Shown here: positions 32,148 to 41,750 of the stretch, in pieces | Layout of the letters: each line of letters begins with the position of its first letter | How positions within the stretch are numbered: position 1 is the stretch's first letter | Source: Candidatus Omnitrophota bacterium | GTDB lineage: Bacteria > Omnitrophota > Gorgyraeia > Zapsychrales > Fredricksoniimonadaceae | DNA length: 64,000 nucleotides | Assembly: GCA_044225175.1 (NCBI GenBank) | Contig: JBGAJA010000001.1 | Coordinates: forward strand, 550,711-614,710 | Reading direction: 5' to 3' | Made by a program: the position numbers and the translations under genes | Notes under the pieces: generated by a model | The model's input: the letters and a program-made list of their open reading frames with translations, nothing else | Told to the model about the DNA's origin: nothing | Databases searched by the model: none

Positions 32148-34154
32148 TTATTCAAAAATTTTATGTTGGATCAGTAGAATAACAGATACAGTAGTTCCTT
32201 GGTCTTTAACGCTTTGTATGTCAAGGCGACCGTGATGAAGATTAATTAGCTCATTGCAAATAGTTAACCCTAACCCAGTCCCTTTTGCTTTAGTTGTAAA
32301 GAAAGGATTAGAGATCTTATCTAAATCATCAGGATCAATGCCTGTCCCATTATCTTTGATTCGGATAGATAAATATTCTTCTTGTTTTTCAACCGAAATC
32401 TTGATTAATCCAGTTTTATTTTTCATAGCTTGATATGCATTACTAATGACATTAATTAATATTTCTCGAATCTGGTCACTATCAGCTTCAATAATAAAAT
32501 CTGGATCAATATGATAATCTTTTTCAATAGAAACTGAAGTATCTCGGAATTGGTCTTTCAGATTTGAAAGACACTCTTCAAGTAAAGAAACAATCTGACA
32601 ATTACTATAGGTAGGCATTTTGATTCTGGAATAACTTAAAAGATTATCGATAATTCGGTTTCCTTCCCAAACTTTTTTTTGGATATTCTCGAGATGCCTA
32701 TCTTGCACGAGTTCCTTGTTTTTATTCATTAAATTATGAGCTGCCATTTGAATCACCCCAAGGGGTGTTCTAAGCTCGTGGGCCACAATAGCAGCTAAGG
32801 TTCCTAAATCTGCTAAACGACTGGCTTGTTTAAGTTCATTTTTTAGCACTTCTTCCATAGCCTTACGTTCAGTAATATCGCGATAATTGATGACTATTGC
32901 TCCAATGGCTGGGTCAGCTAATAAATTTTGACCGGTTCCTTCAATCCATCTCCACGAAGCATTTTTATGACGAATTCGAGTTACAGTTGTAATAATTAAT
33001 TTTGAATCAGCAAGAATAGAAGAAAATTCTTTGGAGATTCTTGGTTCATCTTCAGGATGAATAAATTCAAAAATATTATGTCCTTCATGCTCCTCTTTTT
33101 TATATCCCATGACCTTTTCTGTGGATGGACTGCTATAAGAAATAATCCCAAAGGGATTGATTAATACGATCATATCCAAACTATTTTCAACCAAAGCTTT
33201 GAAACGCTGTTCTCTGAAAATTATTTCCTGTTGAGCGCGGCGGCGTTCATAAAGTGCTGCTGCTAAAAGAAGACTTGTTCCGCAGACGGTACCTATAAAC
33301 ATTTGTAATGACAATAATGAGGCATTCATATCATTAGAAATAAAAGGACCAATACCACTATGTGTGCCTTGGAGGTCCTGATATAAAATTGCTAAAGTTG
33401 AGGCAATTGATCCCCAATATCCAAAACGGTAGGTCAACCATACAATGAGAGCTAAAGGAACATAGGTAATGTGAATATGAGATTGATTGATAATGGACTT
33501 GGCATCAAAGAAGATACCATTGATCATTACAAATATTCCAAAAGAAAGGAAAAATTCTAATAGGCGTTTAGGGTTAAGCTTTGGAAGAGGTCTTTGACTT
33601 AAGGCCCAGTAGATAGGCACAATAGTTATAAGTGCGGTAAAATCACCTAACCACCAAGTTAACCACACTGTCAGAAAGGAATGCCAGAAAATAGGGCTAC
33701 CCATACAAACAGACACAGATCCAATAAAAGCGCTGACTACACAACCAGCTACGGTCACTATCATAAAACGTGCAATATCTTGGACTTTATGTAAGGGATT
33801 TCTGTTGCCTATTAGTTTTTTCAGAAAAAAACATGCAATTAGAGCTTCAAGAGTATTTCCTACTGCAATACTTGTAGAATACAAAATAACTTGAAAAAGA
33901 TTAAATGAAGGGTTTGGAAAGAAATATGCAGCATTGGCTAAAAACGCGCCTAACCATATGCCAGGCCATATACGTGCACCAAAAATTAAAATAGAAATAA
34001 ATCCAATCGCAGAAGGTGGCCAAATAGTAGTCACATTGCTATGTTGCCATGAAAAAAGAAATCCAAGTTGGGCGCTATAAAAATAAACAACAGCAATTAC
34101 CAAAATACTAAAGCCATAAATAATTTCGCTTAGTTTGATTTGATCTTTAATCAT
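32148..34154 (-). CDS. Sensor histidine kinase (MASE1-like 7TM, PAS, HisKA, HATPase_c)
   Basis: 668 aa. The N-terminal integral-membrane MASE1-like domain has TTIWPPSAIGF. A PAS region follows. The H-box is VAHELRTPLGVI and the N/G-boxes are at the C-terminus. Confidence 0.8.
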   Translation of the reverse strand: MIKDQIKLSEIIYGFSILVIAVVYFYSAQLGFLFSWQHSNVTTIWPPSAIGFISILIFGARIWPGIWLGAFLANAAYFFPNPSFNLFQVILYSTSIAVGNTLEALIACFFLKKLIGNRNPLHKVQDIARFMIVTVAGCVVSAFIGSVSVCMGSPIFWHSFLTVWLTWWLGDFTALITIVPIYWALSQRPLPKLNPKRLLEFFLSFGIFVMINGIFFDAKSIINQSHIHITYVPLALIVWLTYRFGYWGSIASTLAILYQDLQGTHSGIGPFISNDMNASLLSLQMFIGTVCGTSLLLAAALYERRRAQQEIIFREQRFKALVENSLDMIVLINPFGIISYSSPSTEKVMGYKKEEHEGHNIFEFIHPEDEPRISKEFSSILADSKLIITTVTRIRHKNASWRWIEGTGQNLLADPAIGAIVINYRDITERKAMEEVLKNELKQASRLADLGTLAAIVAHELRTPLGVIQMAAHNLMNKNKELVQDRHLENIQKKVWEGNRIIDNLLSYSRIKMPTYSNCQIVSLLEECLSNLKDQFRDTSVSIEKDYHIDPDFIIEADSDQIREILINVISNAYQAMKNKTGLIKISVEKQEEYLSIRIKDNGTGIDPDDLDKISNPFFTTKAKGTGLGLTICNELINLHHGRLDIQSVKDQGTTVSVILLIQHKIFE

Positions 34155-34882
34155 GTGGTTTTCTTTCGTGGAAGATTCTTATTATTTGATCTGTACTCAG
34201 TTGGTGTTTGGTTAATTATTTTTTCGAATATGCGTATAAAGGATTCTGGATTTTGATATCCTAAATGACTGGATATTTCATGAATAGTCATAGGTGTGGT
34301 ACGTAATAATTCTGCAGCTTTTTGGATTTTTATTTTGAGTCTATATTCATTAAAACCCAGTCCTGTCGTTTCTTTAAAAAGACGGCTTAAGTATTTGGGG
34401 CTTAGACAAATTTCATCTGCTACGTGATTTAAGCTGATTTTTTTATCAAAGTTTCTCTCTAAAAAAGATTTTACTCTCTCCATTTTATTTGTTGGGATGG
34501 TCAGGCCTTGATTCTTTTTGTCTAATATTCTTTGAACGATACTTAAGAATTTTCTTACTTCAAAGGGTTTTTCAATGTAATCGGTAGCATGACCTTTAAG
34601 TGCTTCTATGGCAACATCTTTAGAGCTATGACCTGTTAGAATTACAACAGGAAGATCTCGAGATTTATCGCGAATTTTCTTTAACACTTCTGTTCCAAGA
34701 AGACCTGGCATGCTTACATCCAAAATTACTAAATCGATTGCATGGGGCTTTTTAAGGATTTCTAGAGCTTCCATCCCATTTGAAGCTTCTATGACTTTGT
34801 AATCCTTAAGACATTCATGAATTTCTTCTCGGAACTCACTGTCATCATCAACGATTAAGATTTGATAGCTCATGTTAAGCAT
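34151..34882 (-). CDS. Response regulator with AraC-type HTH output domain
   Basis: 243 aa. It has a receiver (ILIVDDDSEF...LVILDVSMPG) and a C-terminal AraC HTH (LSPKYLSRLFKETTG...NPESFIRIFEKII). It overlaps the HK by 4 nt. Confidence 0.8.
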   Translation of the reverse strand: MLNMSYQILIVDDDSEFREEIHECLKDYKVIEASNGMEALEILKKPHAIDLVILDVSMPGLLGTEVLKKIRDKSRDLPVVILTGHSSKDVAIEALKGHATDYIEKPFEVRKFLSIVQRILDKKNQGLTIPTNKMERVKSFLERNFDKKISLNHVADEICLSPKYLSRLFKETTGLGFNEYRLKIKIQKAAELLRTTPMTIHEISSHLGYQNPESFIRIFEKIINQTPTEYRSNNKNLPRKKTT

Positions 34883-35582
34883 TCTTTTGGGAGTTAATAG
34901 CTATGACTGGATTTTCTTTTTGATTTAACCAATTTAATAATTTTATTATGTTCTTTTTTGATAAAGCAATGCATCCTGCTGTTGGTTTATTAGGATTTCT
35001 CCATATATGTATAAAAATAGCACTACCTTTTCCTGAAATAATAGGTTGAGTATTATATTCAATGACAATTCCCCTTTCGTAAAGATTATCAGGGCGCTTC
35101 ATTTGTTCAAAAGATTTTGCTTCTCCTTTTTCAATTATTTTTATTAATTGATTGTATTTTCTAGATTTGGGGTCATCAATCCAAATATCTTGATCTGTCA
35201 TATAAATATATTCCATTTTTGTAGAAATATTTTTTGCATATCCGAAAGCCGTCCCAAGTTTATAAACACCTGAAGGGGTTAGTCCGTCCCCTTCTTGCTT
35301 TTGATCCATAAGAGCAAATCCATTTCTTCCAATTACCGCATCCATAGAAGGAAAAATTTCTTTCCATCCATCTATATTTTTTTGCCAAGAAGTCACCTTG
35401 GCTTTAAAGATTGAACCATCAATTCCTTCAACAATTAACGCTTGAGTAATGTTTTTAGAAAGTGAATTTAAAATAGGTGGGGTTTGAGCAGGAAGAGTTG
35501 AAACAAGAAGAAGATTCCCTAAAAGAATCAATAAAGATATTTTCTTTATATTTATCATGGCTATATATGCTACCTGTCGCAT
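34875..35582 (-). CDS. L,D-transpeptidase catalytic-domain (YkuD-like) secreted protein
   Basis: 235 aa with a signal peptide. It has a putative H...(S/T)AGC catalytic motif (FIHIWRNPNKPTAGCIAL). Confidence 0.5.
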   Translation of the reverse strand: MRQVAYIAMINIKKISLLILLGNLLLVSTLPAQTPPILNSLSKNITQALIVEGIDGSIFKAKVTSWQKNIDGWKEIFPSMDAVIGRNGFALMDQKQEGDGLTPSGVYKLGTAFGYAKNISTKMEYIYMTDQDIWIDDPKSRKYNQLIKIIEKGEAKSFEQMKRPDNLYERGIVIEYNTQPIISGKGSAIFIHIWRNPNKPTAGCIALSKKNIIKLLNWLNQKENPVIAINSQKNA

Positions 35583-35662
35583 AACACAGACAAATTACAA
35601 TGATTTTAATATAATACCAAGATGCCTGTGTTTTTAAAATAAGTTAAGAAATTATTACTAAA

Positions 35663-37507
35663 TTAATCTTTGATTGTCGGTTGTTTGTGTTCTGGATTAG
35701 ACAACCACTTTTTAAGGCCGGATACATCGCTCCAGTTATAATCGGTTTCTAAAAGCAAGACAGTTTGAATAAGTGCTAAATGTGAATACCCTTGTGGAAA
35801 GTTTCCGGTAAGGCGTTTAGTTGTTATTTCAATATCTTCTGAAAATAATCCTAGGGGGTTAGCACACTTAAGAATATTCTCAAACATCTCTCTAGCTTTC
35901 TTTTCTTCACCGATCAAATACAGAGCATTGATCATCCAGAAAGTGCATACAATGAAAGCATTTTCTGGCAGCCCAAAATCATCTTCTTCAAGATAACGGA
36001 AGACGAAATTATTTCGAACAAGTTGTTCATATGTTTTTTTGACTGTACTGATGATGCGGGGATCTTGACGATCAAGAAATCCGTAGTGGAGCATCAATAA
36101 AACCGAAGCGTCTAATTGATTTGACCCATAGCACATCACAAAAGAGTTAATGTCACTATTCCAACCCTGATTCAGAATATCTTCTTTAATTTTTGAGGCT
36201 GAAATACGACATTTTTCTGAATATTTTGTCTTTCCTAGGAATTGAGCAATTTTGGCTGCACGATCTAATGCTACCCAACTCATCATTTTAGAATGAACAT
36301 AATGCCTTCTCTCTCCCCTGCGTTCCCAGATACCACAATCGGGTTCTTTCCATGAATCTTCAACATATTTAACTAGCGAACAAACGACAGTCCAGATTTC
36401 TTCAAAGTAGGTTTCATCTTGAGGGTTAATAAAGAAAAATGCATAAATAGTTTCCATTAACTGACCATAAACATCATTTTGCTTTTGCCGATAGGCATCA
36501 TTACCAATTCTAACTGGACGGGAAGATTCATATCCTGATAAATGAGAGAGTTCTTTTTCAACCAACTCTTTTTCTCCATTAATGCCATACATAACAGAGA
36601 TATTTTCATGTTTAAGCAGCATACGATTTAGTATGAAATTAATGTATTTAGCAGCTAGTTTTACGTGCCCCATACGAGTATATAAATCAATAATCATAGA
36701 AGCATCTCTAACCCAGCAGAATCGATAATCCCAATTACGATTTTTTCCTATTATCTCTGGAAGTGATGTTGTAGGTGCGGCAATTACAGCGCCAGTTTTT
36801 TCATATGTCATAAGTTTAAGAGTAATTGTAGAGCGAACTGTCATAGAAATATATTTTTCAGGCAATTTGGTGCGATAAATCCAATCTAACCAATAACTTT
36901 TTGTTTTTTCATATTCTACATAGAGTTTGTTAAGGGTAATGTTTTCCAATTTCTCATGATAAGAGAGTAAAAAGAATGAAGGTTCCTTTAATTCGATAGG
37001 TTCGCCTGTTATGACTTTATGATTATCCAAATTTGTATATAAGAAAAAATTGTCATAATCACCTTTTTGCGAAATGATTTCTACATAATTATCAGTAAAA
37101 ACGTAGAGAGGATCCCCTAGAGCATAATTTGGTTTAGGTTTAAAATCGATAATAATTTGGGGATTTCCTGAAATAATTTGAATATTACGATGAATTTCAG
37201 GAGGACAGTAGACCTCTCCTAGAGAAGTATGAAAACGCGGCATATAATCTCTTACTTCAAATATGCCTTGCTTTGTATGAAAGGTGGTTTTTAAAATGGT
37301 GGTATCAGGAAGATAGCTTTGAGTTTTTTTAATAAGATCTACAGCTGAAATCTTGAAGCATCCTCCCTTTTGTTCATCAAGAATTTGAGCGAATAAAGAG
37401 GGGGAGTCGAAAAAAGGCAAGCAAAGCCATTCAATGCTGCATTCATCTGAAATTAGTGCTGCCGTAGTACAATTTCCAATGATCGCATAGTTTTCATAAT
37501 GTTTCAT
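35663..37507 (-). CDS. Glycoside hydrolase family 15 (glucoamylase/trehalase-like, COG3387)
   Basis: 614 aa. It has the GH15 motif WDYRFCWVRDASMII and an (alpha/alpha)6 catalytic domain, with a beta-sandwich N-terminus. Confidence 0.75.
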   Translation of the reverse strand: MKHYENYAIIGNCTTAALISDECSIEWLCLPFFDSPSLFAQILDEQKGGCFKISAVDLIKKTQSYLPDTTILKTTFHTKQGIFEVRDYMPRFHTSLGEVYCPPEIHRNIQIISGNPQIIIDFKPKPNYALGDPLYVFTDNYVEIISQKGDYDNFFLYTNLDNHKVITGEPIELKEPSFFLLSYHEKLENITLNKLYVEYEKTKSYWLDWIYRTKLPEKYISMTVRSTITLKLMTYEKTGAVIAAPTTSLPEIIGKNRNWDYRFCWVRDASMIIDLYTRMGHVKLAAKYINFILNRMLLKHENISVMYGINGEKELVEKELSHLSGYESSRPVRIGNDAYRQKQNDVYGQLMETIYAFFFINPQDETYFEEIWTVVCSLVKYVEDSWKEPDCGIWERRGERRHYVHSKMMSWVALDRAAKIAQFLGKTKYSEKCRISASKIKEDILNQGWNSDINSFVMCYGSNQLDASVLLMLHYGFLDRQDPRIISTVKKTYEQLVRNNFVFRYLEEDDFGLPENAFIVCTFWMINALYLIGEEKKAREMFENILKCANPLGLFSEDIEITTKRLTGNFPQGYSHLALIQTVLLLETDYNWSDVSGLKKWLSNPEHKQPTIKD

Positions 37508-37516
37508 CTAATAATC

Positions 37517-37891
37517 CTACGCTATCTGTTCTTGCAGCACATTCAATACTTTGCTAAGTAAAAGGATAGGCCCATGGCTTTTATCAAAATAATCGTAAGC
37601 TTGAGGAATCATTTGTCTCTGAGTATCTAAAGGATAAACGCTGGCGATAATAATTTTGAGATTTGGATCATACTCTTTGATAATTTCAAAAATCGTTCTT
37701 CCATCAATACCCGGAATTGATATGTCTAATAAAACTAAGTGTATGGGTTCCCTAATTAAAATATTTAGAGCCTCATGAGCATTAGAAGCAGGTCGAGCCT
37801 CCAGGCTAGCTTCATTTATCATGGAGACATACATCCTTAATATTCTAGGCTCATCATCTATAATTAAAATTTTTCGTCTCAGTGAAACCAT
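37517..37891 (-). CDS. Single-domain response regulator (receiver only)
   Basis: 124 aa, with ILIIDDEPRILRMY...LVLLDISIPGIDG. Confidence 0.75.
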   Translation of the reverse strand: MVSLRRKILIIDDEPRILRMYVSMINEASLEARPASNAHEALNILIREPIHLVLLDISIPGIDGRTIFEIIKEYDPNLKIIIASVYPLDTQRQMIPQAYDYFDKSHGPILLLSKVLNVLQEQIA

Positions 37892-37967
37892 ATAAATTCT
37901 TTCTTTATGCCTTGATTAAATGTACCATTTTAGAAATGAAGAGTAGATGAAAATAGAATGAATCGAA

Positions 37968-39440
37968 TTACCCTAGAGGAAGAATAATTTTAAAAGTTGC
38001 TCCTTGGTTGATTTGGCTTTCCACTTGAATGCTGCCACTATGTATTTTAGCAATAGTTCCTGCTATGCTTAAGCCTAAACCATTTCCTAAAGAATTATTT
38101 CCTGTATGAAAAAATTTATCGAATATTTTTTCTAGATTCTCAGGGGTTATGCCTGGTCCTTGGTCAATAATTGACGTAATTACTTTTTGGTCCTCTGTAT
38201 CAACTTTAATACTGATGAGTTTTCCTTCGGGAGTTAGTCTGATAGCATTATCGAGAATATTGAAAAATAGACGTCTCAAATGGACTTTATCAGCTCTTAT
38301 TGTTAGTGGCGCTCTAGCTGTTTGAGTAGATACTGTTATTCCAACACCCTTTTGAACAGCAAGCATCCTTGCCTGTTCACAAAGTTCATTTAAAAATTCA
38401 ATAAAATCAAACTGTTCAAATTTAAAGACTTCGGGTTGATAATCTAGTTTTGTAAGTAGTAATAAATCTTCAATAATTTTAAGTACACGCTCCGATTCTT
38501 CTAAGACTATCCTTAAGGCTTGTTGATACTCATGTTTAGAGCGTTCTTTACGTAAAAGAAGCTCAGCTTCCCCTTTTATAATTGTTAGAGGGGTCTTTAA
38601 TTCATGGGCAACATGATGGCTGAATTCTTCAATATGTTTGAAGGATTTCTCTAAGCGAGAAATCATGTCATTAAAAGACTCAATTAAAGAACCCATTTCT
38701 TTGTCAAAATGTTTTGGTTTGATTCTCACGCTTAAATCGTGGTGAGTAATATTGTTAGCCATGTGGGTGATTTCATTGACAGGATCCATGATTCTTGAGG
38801 CTTGTTTACGATCTAAATAATTAATTAAGAATAAAAATAATGGAAGACTGAGAATTATTGCATATAGCCAATTTCGTAATTGTTGTAATAGGGGGTCTTG
38901 AGAGACGCCTATTTGTATAAAATATTCGTTTGGTAAATTACTATCAAATCGATAGGTGATGATTCGGATGGTCTTATTGTTGTAGTTAATGTTTTTAAAT
39001 CTTTCTTTAATTGTTTTTGGGAAGAAATTTTCTTCTATGAAAAGATTTCTTAATACGGGAGTTAAATTTTGAGAGCTAATAATCACTTTTTTATCACTGC
39101 TAAAAAAATTTATATAGTCGCTATGGACATTTAAACTTTGAGATTGTTTGACCCAGCCATCTGAAACTTTTTTAAGTTTGCTAGAAAAATATCCTTCGCT
39201 CTTCATGCTAATTGTTTTTTGGACTGCTTTATTAAGAGCTTGAGGTTCGTCCCCTAATATATTCATATAAAAATTGATTGTTGTATCGACAGCTTGGACT
39301 TTTGTCTTGAGCTCTTTGTCCATTTGTCCAAAGGAAATGTTTGAAATGATATATAGAATGGCGCTGAAGACGGCGAGAATAATGCCTAGAATTACAGTAT
39401 GTAGGATACTTAACTCAAATCGTATTGAATTAAATCTCAT
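37968..39440 (-). CDS. Sensor histidine kinase (2 TM, periplasmic sensor, HAMP, HisKA, HATPase_c)
   Basis: 490 aa with the H-box VAHELKTPLTIIKGEAELL and G-boxes GNGLGLSIA. Confidence 0.85.
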   Translation of the reverse strand: MRFNSIRFELSILHTVILGIILAVFSAILYIISNISFGQMDKELKTKVQAVDTTINFYMNILGDEPQALNKAVQKTISMKSEGYFSSKLKKVSDGWVKQSQSLNVHSDYINFFSSDKKVIISSQNLTPVLRNLFIEENFFPKTIKERFKNINYNNKTIRIITYRFDSNLPNEYFIQIGVSQDPLLQQLRNWLYAIILSLPLFLFLINYLDRKQASRIMDPVNEITHMANNITHHDLSVRIKPKHFDKEMGSLIESFNDMISRLEKSFKHIEEFSHHVAHELKTPLTIIKGEAELLLRKERSKHEYQQALRIVLEESERVLKIIEDLLLLTKLDYQPEVFKFEQFDFIEFLNELCEQARMLAVQKGVGITVSTQTARAPLTIRADKVHLRRLFFNILDNAIRLTPEGKLISIKVDTEDQKVITSIIDQGPGITPENLEKIFDKFFHTGNNSLGNGLGLSIAGTIAKIHSGSIQVESQINQGATFKIILPLG

Positions 39441-40111
39441 GAAGGATCTTTTAGGATGTAACCAGAGCCTCTAATAGTCTGAATTAATTTTTTCTTAAAG
39501 CCATCATCAACCTTGCTTCGTAAGTTCCTAATGTGAACATCAATAACATTCGTCATGCTGTCAAATTGTTCATTCCACACATGCTCGGAAATCATCCAGC
39601 GACTCACGATCTGTCCTTCATTAATCATGAGATACTCTAATAAGCCGTACTCTCGACTTGTTAAAACGATTTTTTTTCCTGCTCTTAGAGCTTCATGATT
39701 AAGTTGATTCAACTCGAGATCAGCGACTTTCAATATAGATGTTTTGGAGCCGCTTTGTCTTCTTAATAATCCTTTTAGACGCGCTAGAAGTTCTTCAAAA
39801 GAAAAAGGCTTTGTAAGGTAGTCATCTGCTCCAGAATTAAGACCGGAAACTTTATCTTTTACTGAAGCTCTTGCAGTTAGCATTAAAATAGGGGTATTAA
39901 TTTTCTTGGCTCTTAGTTTTCGACACATGGTAATGCCATCATGTTTTGGTAACATAATGTCAAAAATCATAACGTCATACGGATTAATTTCAGCTAAGTA
40001 GAGCCCTTCTTCACCATCGTAAGCTACATCTACAGCATAGTGTTCTTCTTTTAGACCTCGAGCAATAAAGTCGGCTATTCTTTTTTCATCTTCAACAACT
40101 AAAACACGCAT
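39437..40111 (-). CDS. OmpR/PhoB-family response regulator (receiver plus winged helix)
   Basis: 224 aa. It has MRVLVVEDEKRIADFI and the C-terminal wHTH. It overlaps the HK by 4 nt, and GGAGG lies 7 nt upstream of the ATG. Confidence 0.85.
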   Translation of the reverse strand: MRVLVVEDEKRIADFIARGLKEEHYAVDVAYDGEEGLYLAEINPYDVMIFDIMLPKHDGITMCRKLRAKKINTPILMLTARASVKDKVSGLNSGADDYLTKPFSFEELLARLKGLLRRQSGSKTSILKVADLELNQLNHEALRAGKKIVLTSREYGLLEYLMINEGQIVSRWMISEHVWNEQFDSMTNVIDVHIRNLRSKVDDGFKKKLIQTIRGSGYILKDPS

Positions 40112-40178
40112 AATCTTGCCTCCGTAAATAATTGTGCTTCATTATACCGATAATGAATATGATAGGCAAGCTTATGCA

Positions 40179-40562
40179 TTAAAGAAAACTAATAATTTTC
40201 TTAAGTAACGTTTCACTTGCAACTTTATCGCTCAGAGCTCCAACCCTTACTTCAATTCTAGATGAATTTAATGTAAGTGGTTTCACATCAATCCATATCT
40301 TCCTTCCATCCATATAACGACTTCTGATTTGTGTAACTTGACTAGAGCGATTTTCTTTTGTTATTTCTAAATTCATTGTTTTTAAAGCAGAATTACTTGC
40401 ATCTACTGTTTTATCATAGGAAGAATTGACATCTTGAACGTATTTACCTGATAACCAGACTGCGGTTCCAGCTCCTCCGGCTGTTCCTGCTAATAGGGCA
40501 ATACATCCATAACTATTAATGAGAAATAAGCCCCCAATAATTAAAAACAAGACTTTTTTCAT
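40179..40562 (-). CDS. Small lipoprotein (hypothetical, DUF3568-like)
   Basis: 127 aa with a lipobox (SYGCIA). An 8-bp hairpin, TTCATTAT-ACCG-ATAATGAA at 40143-40162, follows it. Confidence 0.4.
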   Translation of the reverse strand: MKKVLFLIIGGLFLINSYGCIALLAGTAGGAGTAVWLSGKYVQDVNSSYDKTVDASNSALKTMNLEITKENRSSQVTQIRSRYMDGRKIWIDVKPLTLNSSRIEVRVGALSDKVASETLLKKIISFL

Positions 40563-40626
40563 TTGTACTCCTTATTAATCTTATAATAGTATTCTTAAAA
40601 AGTTTTTTACCTATACCCTCTTAATC

Positions 40627-41070
40627 TCAATTTGAATTTAAAGCTTCCTCTTGTTTTCTTCTGACTTCCTGTGGATCAAGAGATTCGTTTTGTAAGTCCT
40701 TAAGAATATTCTCTGTGTTAAATATTTCTAGCCATTTAGATTCAGCAAAAACATACGAAAAAGCTTTTATAGCAATAGCTAAATAGACAATGGCGCTTAA
40801 CAAGCCTATCCACATTTTGGCTTCATTATTTAATGGGGCATAGCAAAAAAGTACTACATGAAATATAAGCAAGCTGCTCATTAAGAAGACTAAACATACG
40901 CCAATGCCTAAGAAACTTACAAATAACATTCGACTCGTTTTTACAAATTTCAAATAAGCCAATTTTATTCTTAAGTGTGTCATATCTTTATAAAGAAATC
41001 TTGCTGAATTAAGTTTTTTCACCGCGGTTGTCACTAATAAGAAGAGTAATGTTTTTAAATCTTGTTTCAT
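40627..41070 (-). CDS. YqjE-like inner-membrane protein (DUF1469 / phage-holin-3_6 superfamily)
   Basis: 147 aa with two central TM helices and a charged N-terminus. It sits immediately downstream of the DUF883 gene, as in the E. coli yqjD-yqjE arrangement. Confidence 0.45.
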   Translation of the reverse strand: MKQDLKTLLFLLVTTAVKKLNSARFLYKDMTHLRIKLAYLKFVKTSRMLFVSFLGIGVCLVFLMSSLLIFHVVLFCYAPLNNEAKMWIGLLSAIVYLAIAIKAFSYVFAESKWLEIFNTENILKDLQNESLDPQEVRRKQEEALNSN

Positions 41071-41100
41071 AGGGTTTTTCCTTTGTAGGATGAAGGTTAC

Positions 41101-41134
41101 TTCTTCCCTAAGGCAATATTGCCTTAGGGAAGAA
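41101..41134. repeat. 34-bp perfect palindrome TTCTTCCCTAAGGCAATATTGCCTTAGGGAAGAA between the DUF883 and YqjE-like genes
   Basis: It is its own reverse complement over all 34 nt. It sits 8 nt after the stop of the DUF883 gene and 30 nt before the start of the next gene. No T-tract follows on either strand. Confidence 0.8.
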
Positions 41135-41142
41135 TAAGCAGG

Positions 41143-41391
41143 TTAACCCTTAGATTTTCCAACTAATAAACCGACTAAAAGACCGCCCACCGCAGCTCCT
41201 GCTATCCAAGGCCATGGATTATCACGGACTTGCTTATCTACATCTCCTGCTACTCGAGCTAATTGTTCACGACCTTGTTTAATTCTTTTTTCGGCTTCAG
41301 AAATAGCATTTCTGATCTTTTCTTCACCTTGGTCAATTGTTAGTTTGCTGTAATCCTTGATGTTTTGATCTGTCATACCTGCTCCTTTCAT
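41143..41391 (-). CDS. ElaB/YqjD/YgaM-family (DUF883) C-terminally membrane-anchored stress protein
   Basis: 82 aa with a coiled-coil and the C-terminal DNPWPWIAGAAVGGLLVGLLVG anchor characteristic of DUF883. Confidence 0.7.
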   Translation of the reverse strand: MKGAGMTDQNIKDYSKLTIDQGEEKIRNAISEAEKRIKQGREQLARVAGDVDKQVRDNPWPWIAGAAVGGLLVGLLVGKSKG

Positions 41392-41404
41392 GATACTGTT
41401 AGTG

Positions 41405-41656
41405 TTATTTGCTTTTTTGACGAGTTTCTTCTTTTAAAATTTTTTCAGCTTCAATCCAATTATCAAAATCAGCTCCTCCTTTTTGTTCATAAATTTTATA
41501 AGCTCGCATTTGTATTTCTTCAAATGATGGAGAGAATTGATTTTGTTTTGAATTTGAGTCAGTTGTATATTCTGATCCAATGGATGTTAGCGCATTTCCA
41601 TCGTTGTTGATTTTGCTTTTTTGTGATTGCTTTGCCATATTTATTCTCCTTATCAA
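41405..41656 (-). CDS. DUF2934-family small protein
   Basis: 83 aa. The motif AYKIYEQKGGADFDNWIEAEKIL is typical of DUF2934. Confidence 0.5.
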   Translation of the reverse strand: MIRRINMAKQSQKSKINNDGNALTSIGSEYTTDSNSKQNQFSPSFEEIQMRAYKIYEQKGGADFDNWIEAEKILKEETRQKSK

Positions 41657-41750
41657 TCAATTTAAATAATAAACTTAATCTCTAATACAAATTTAACTTA
41701 ACAAAAGTTAAATTAAATTAAGATGAAGATATTATTAATGCTTATTAATG

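Noticed and set aside
41687-41712. AT-rich hairpin AATTTAACTT-AACAAA-AAGTTAAATT downstream of the MscS gene
   Set aside because: The stem is entirely A/T and there is no following T-run, so it is too weak to call as a terminator.
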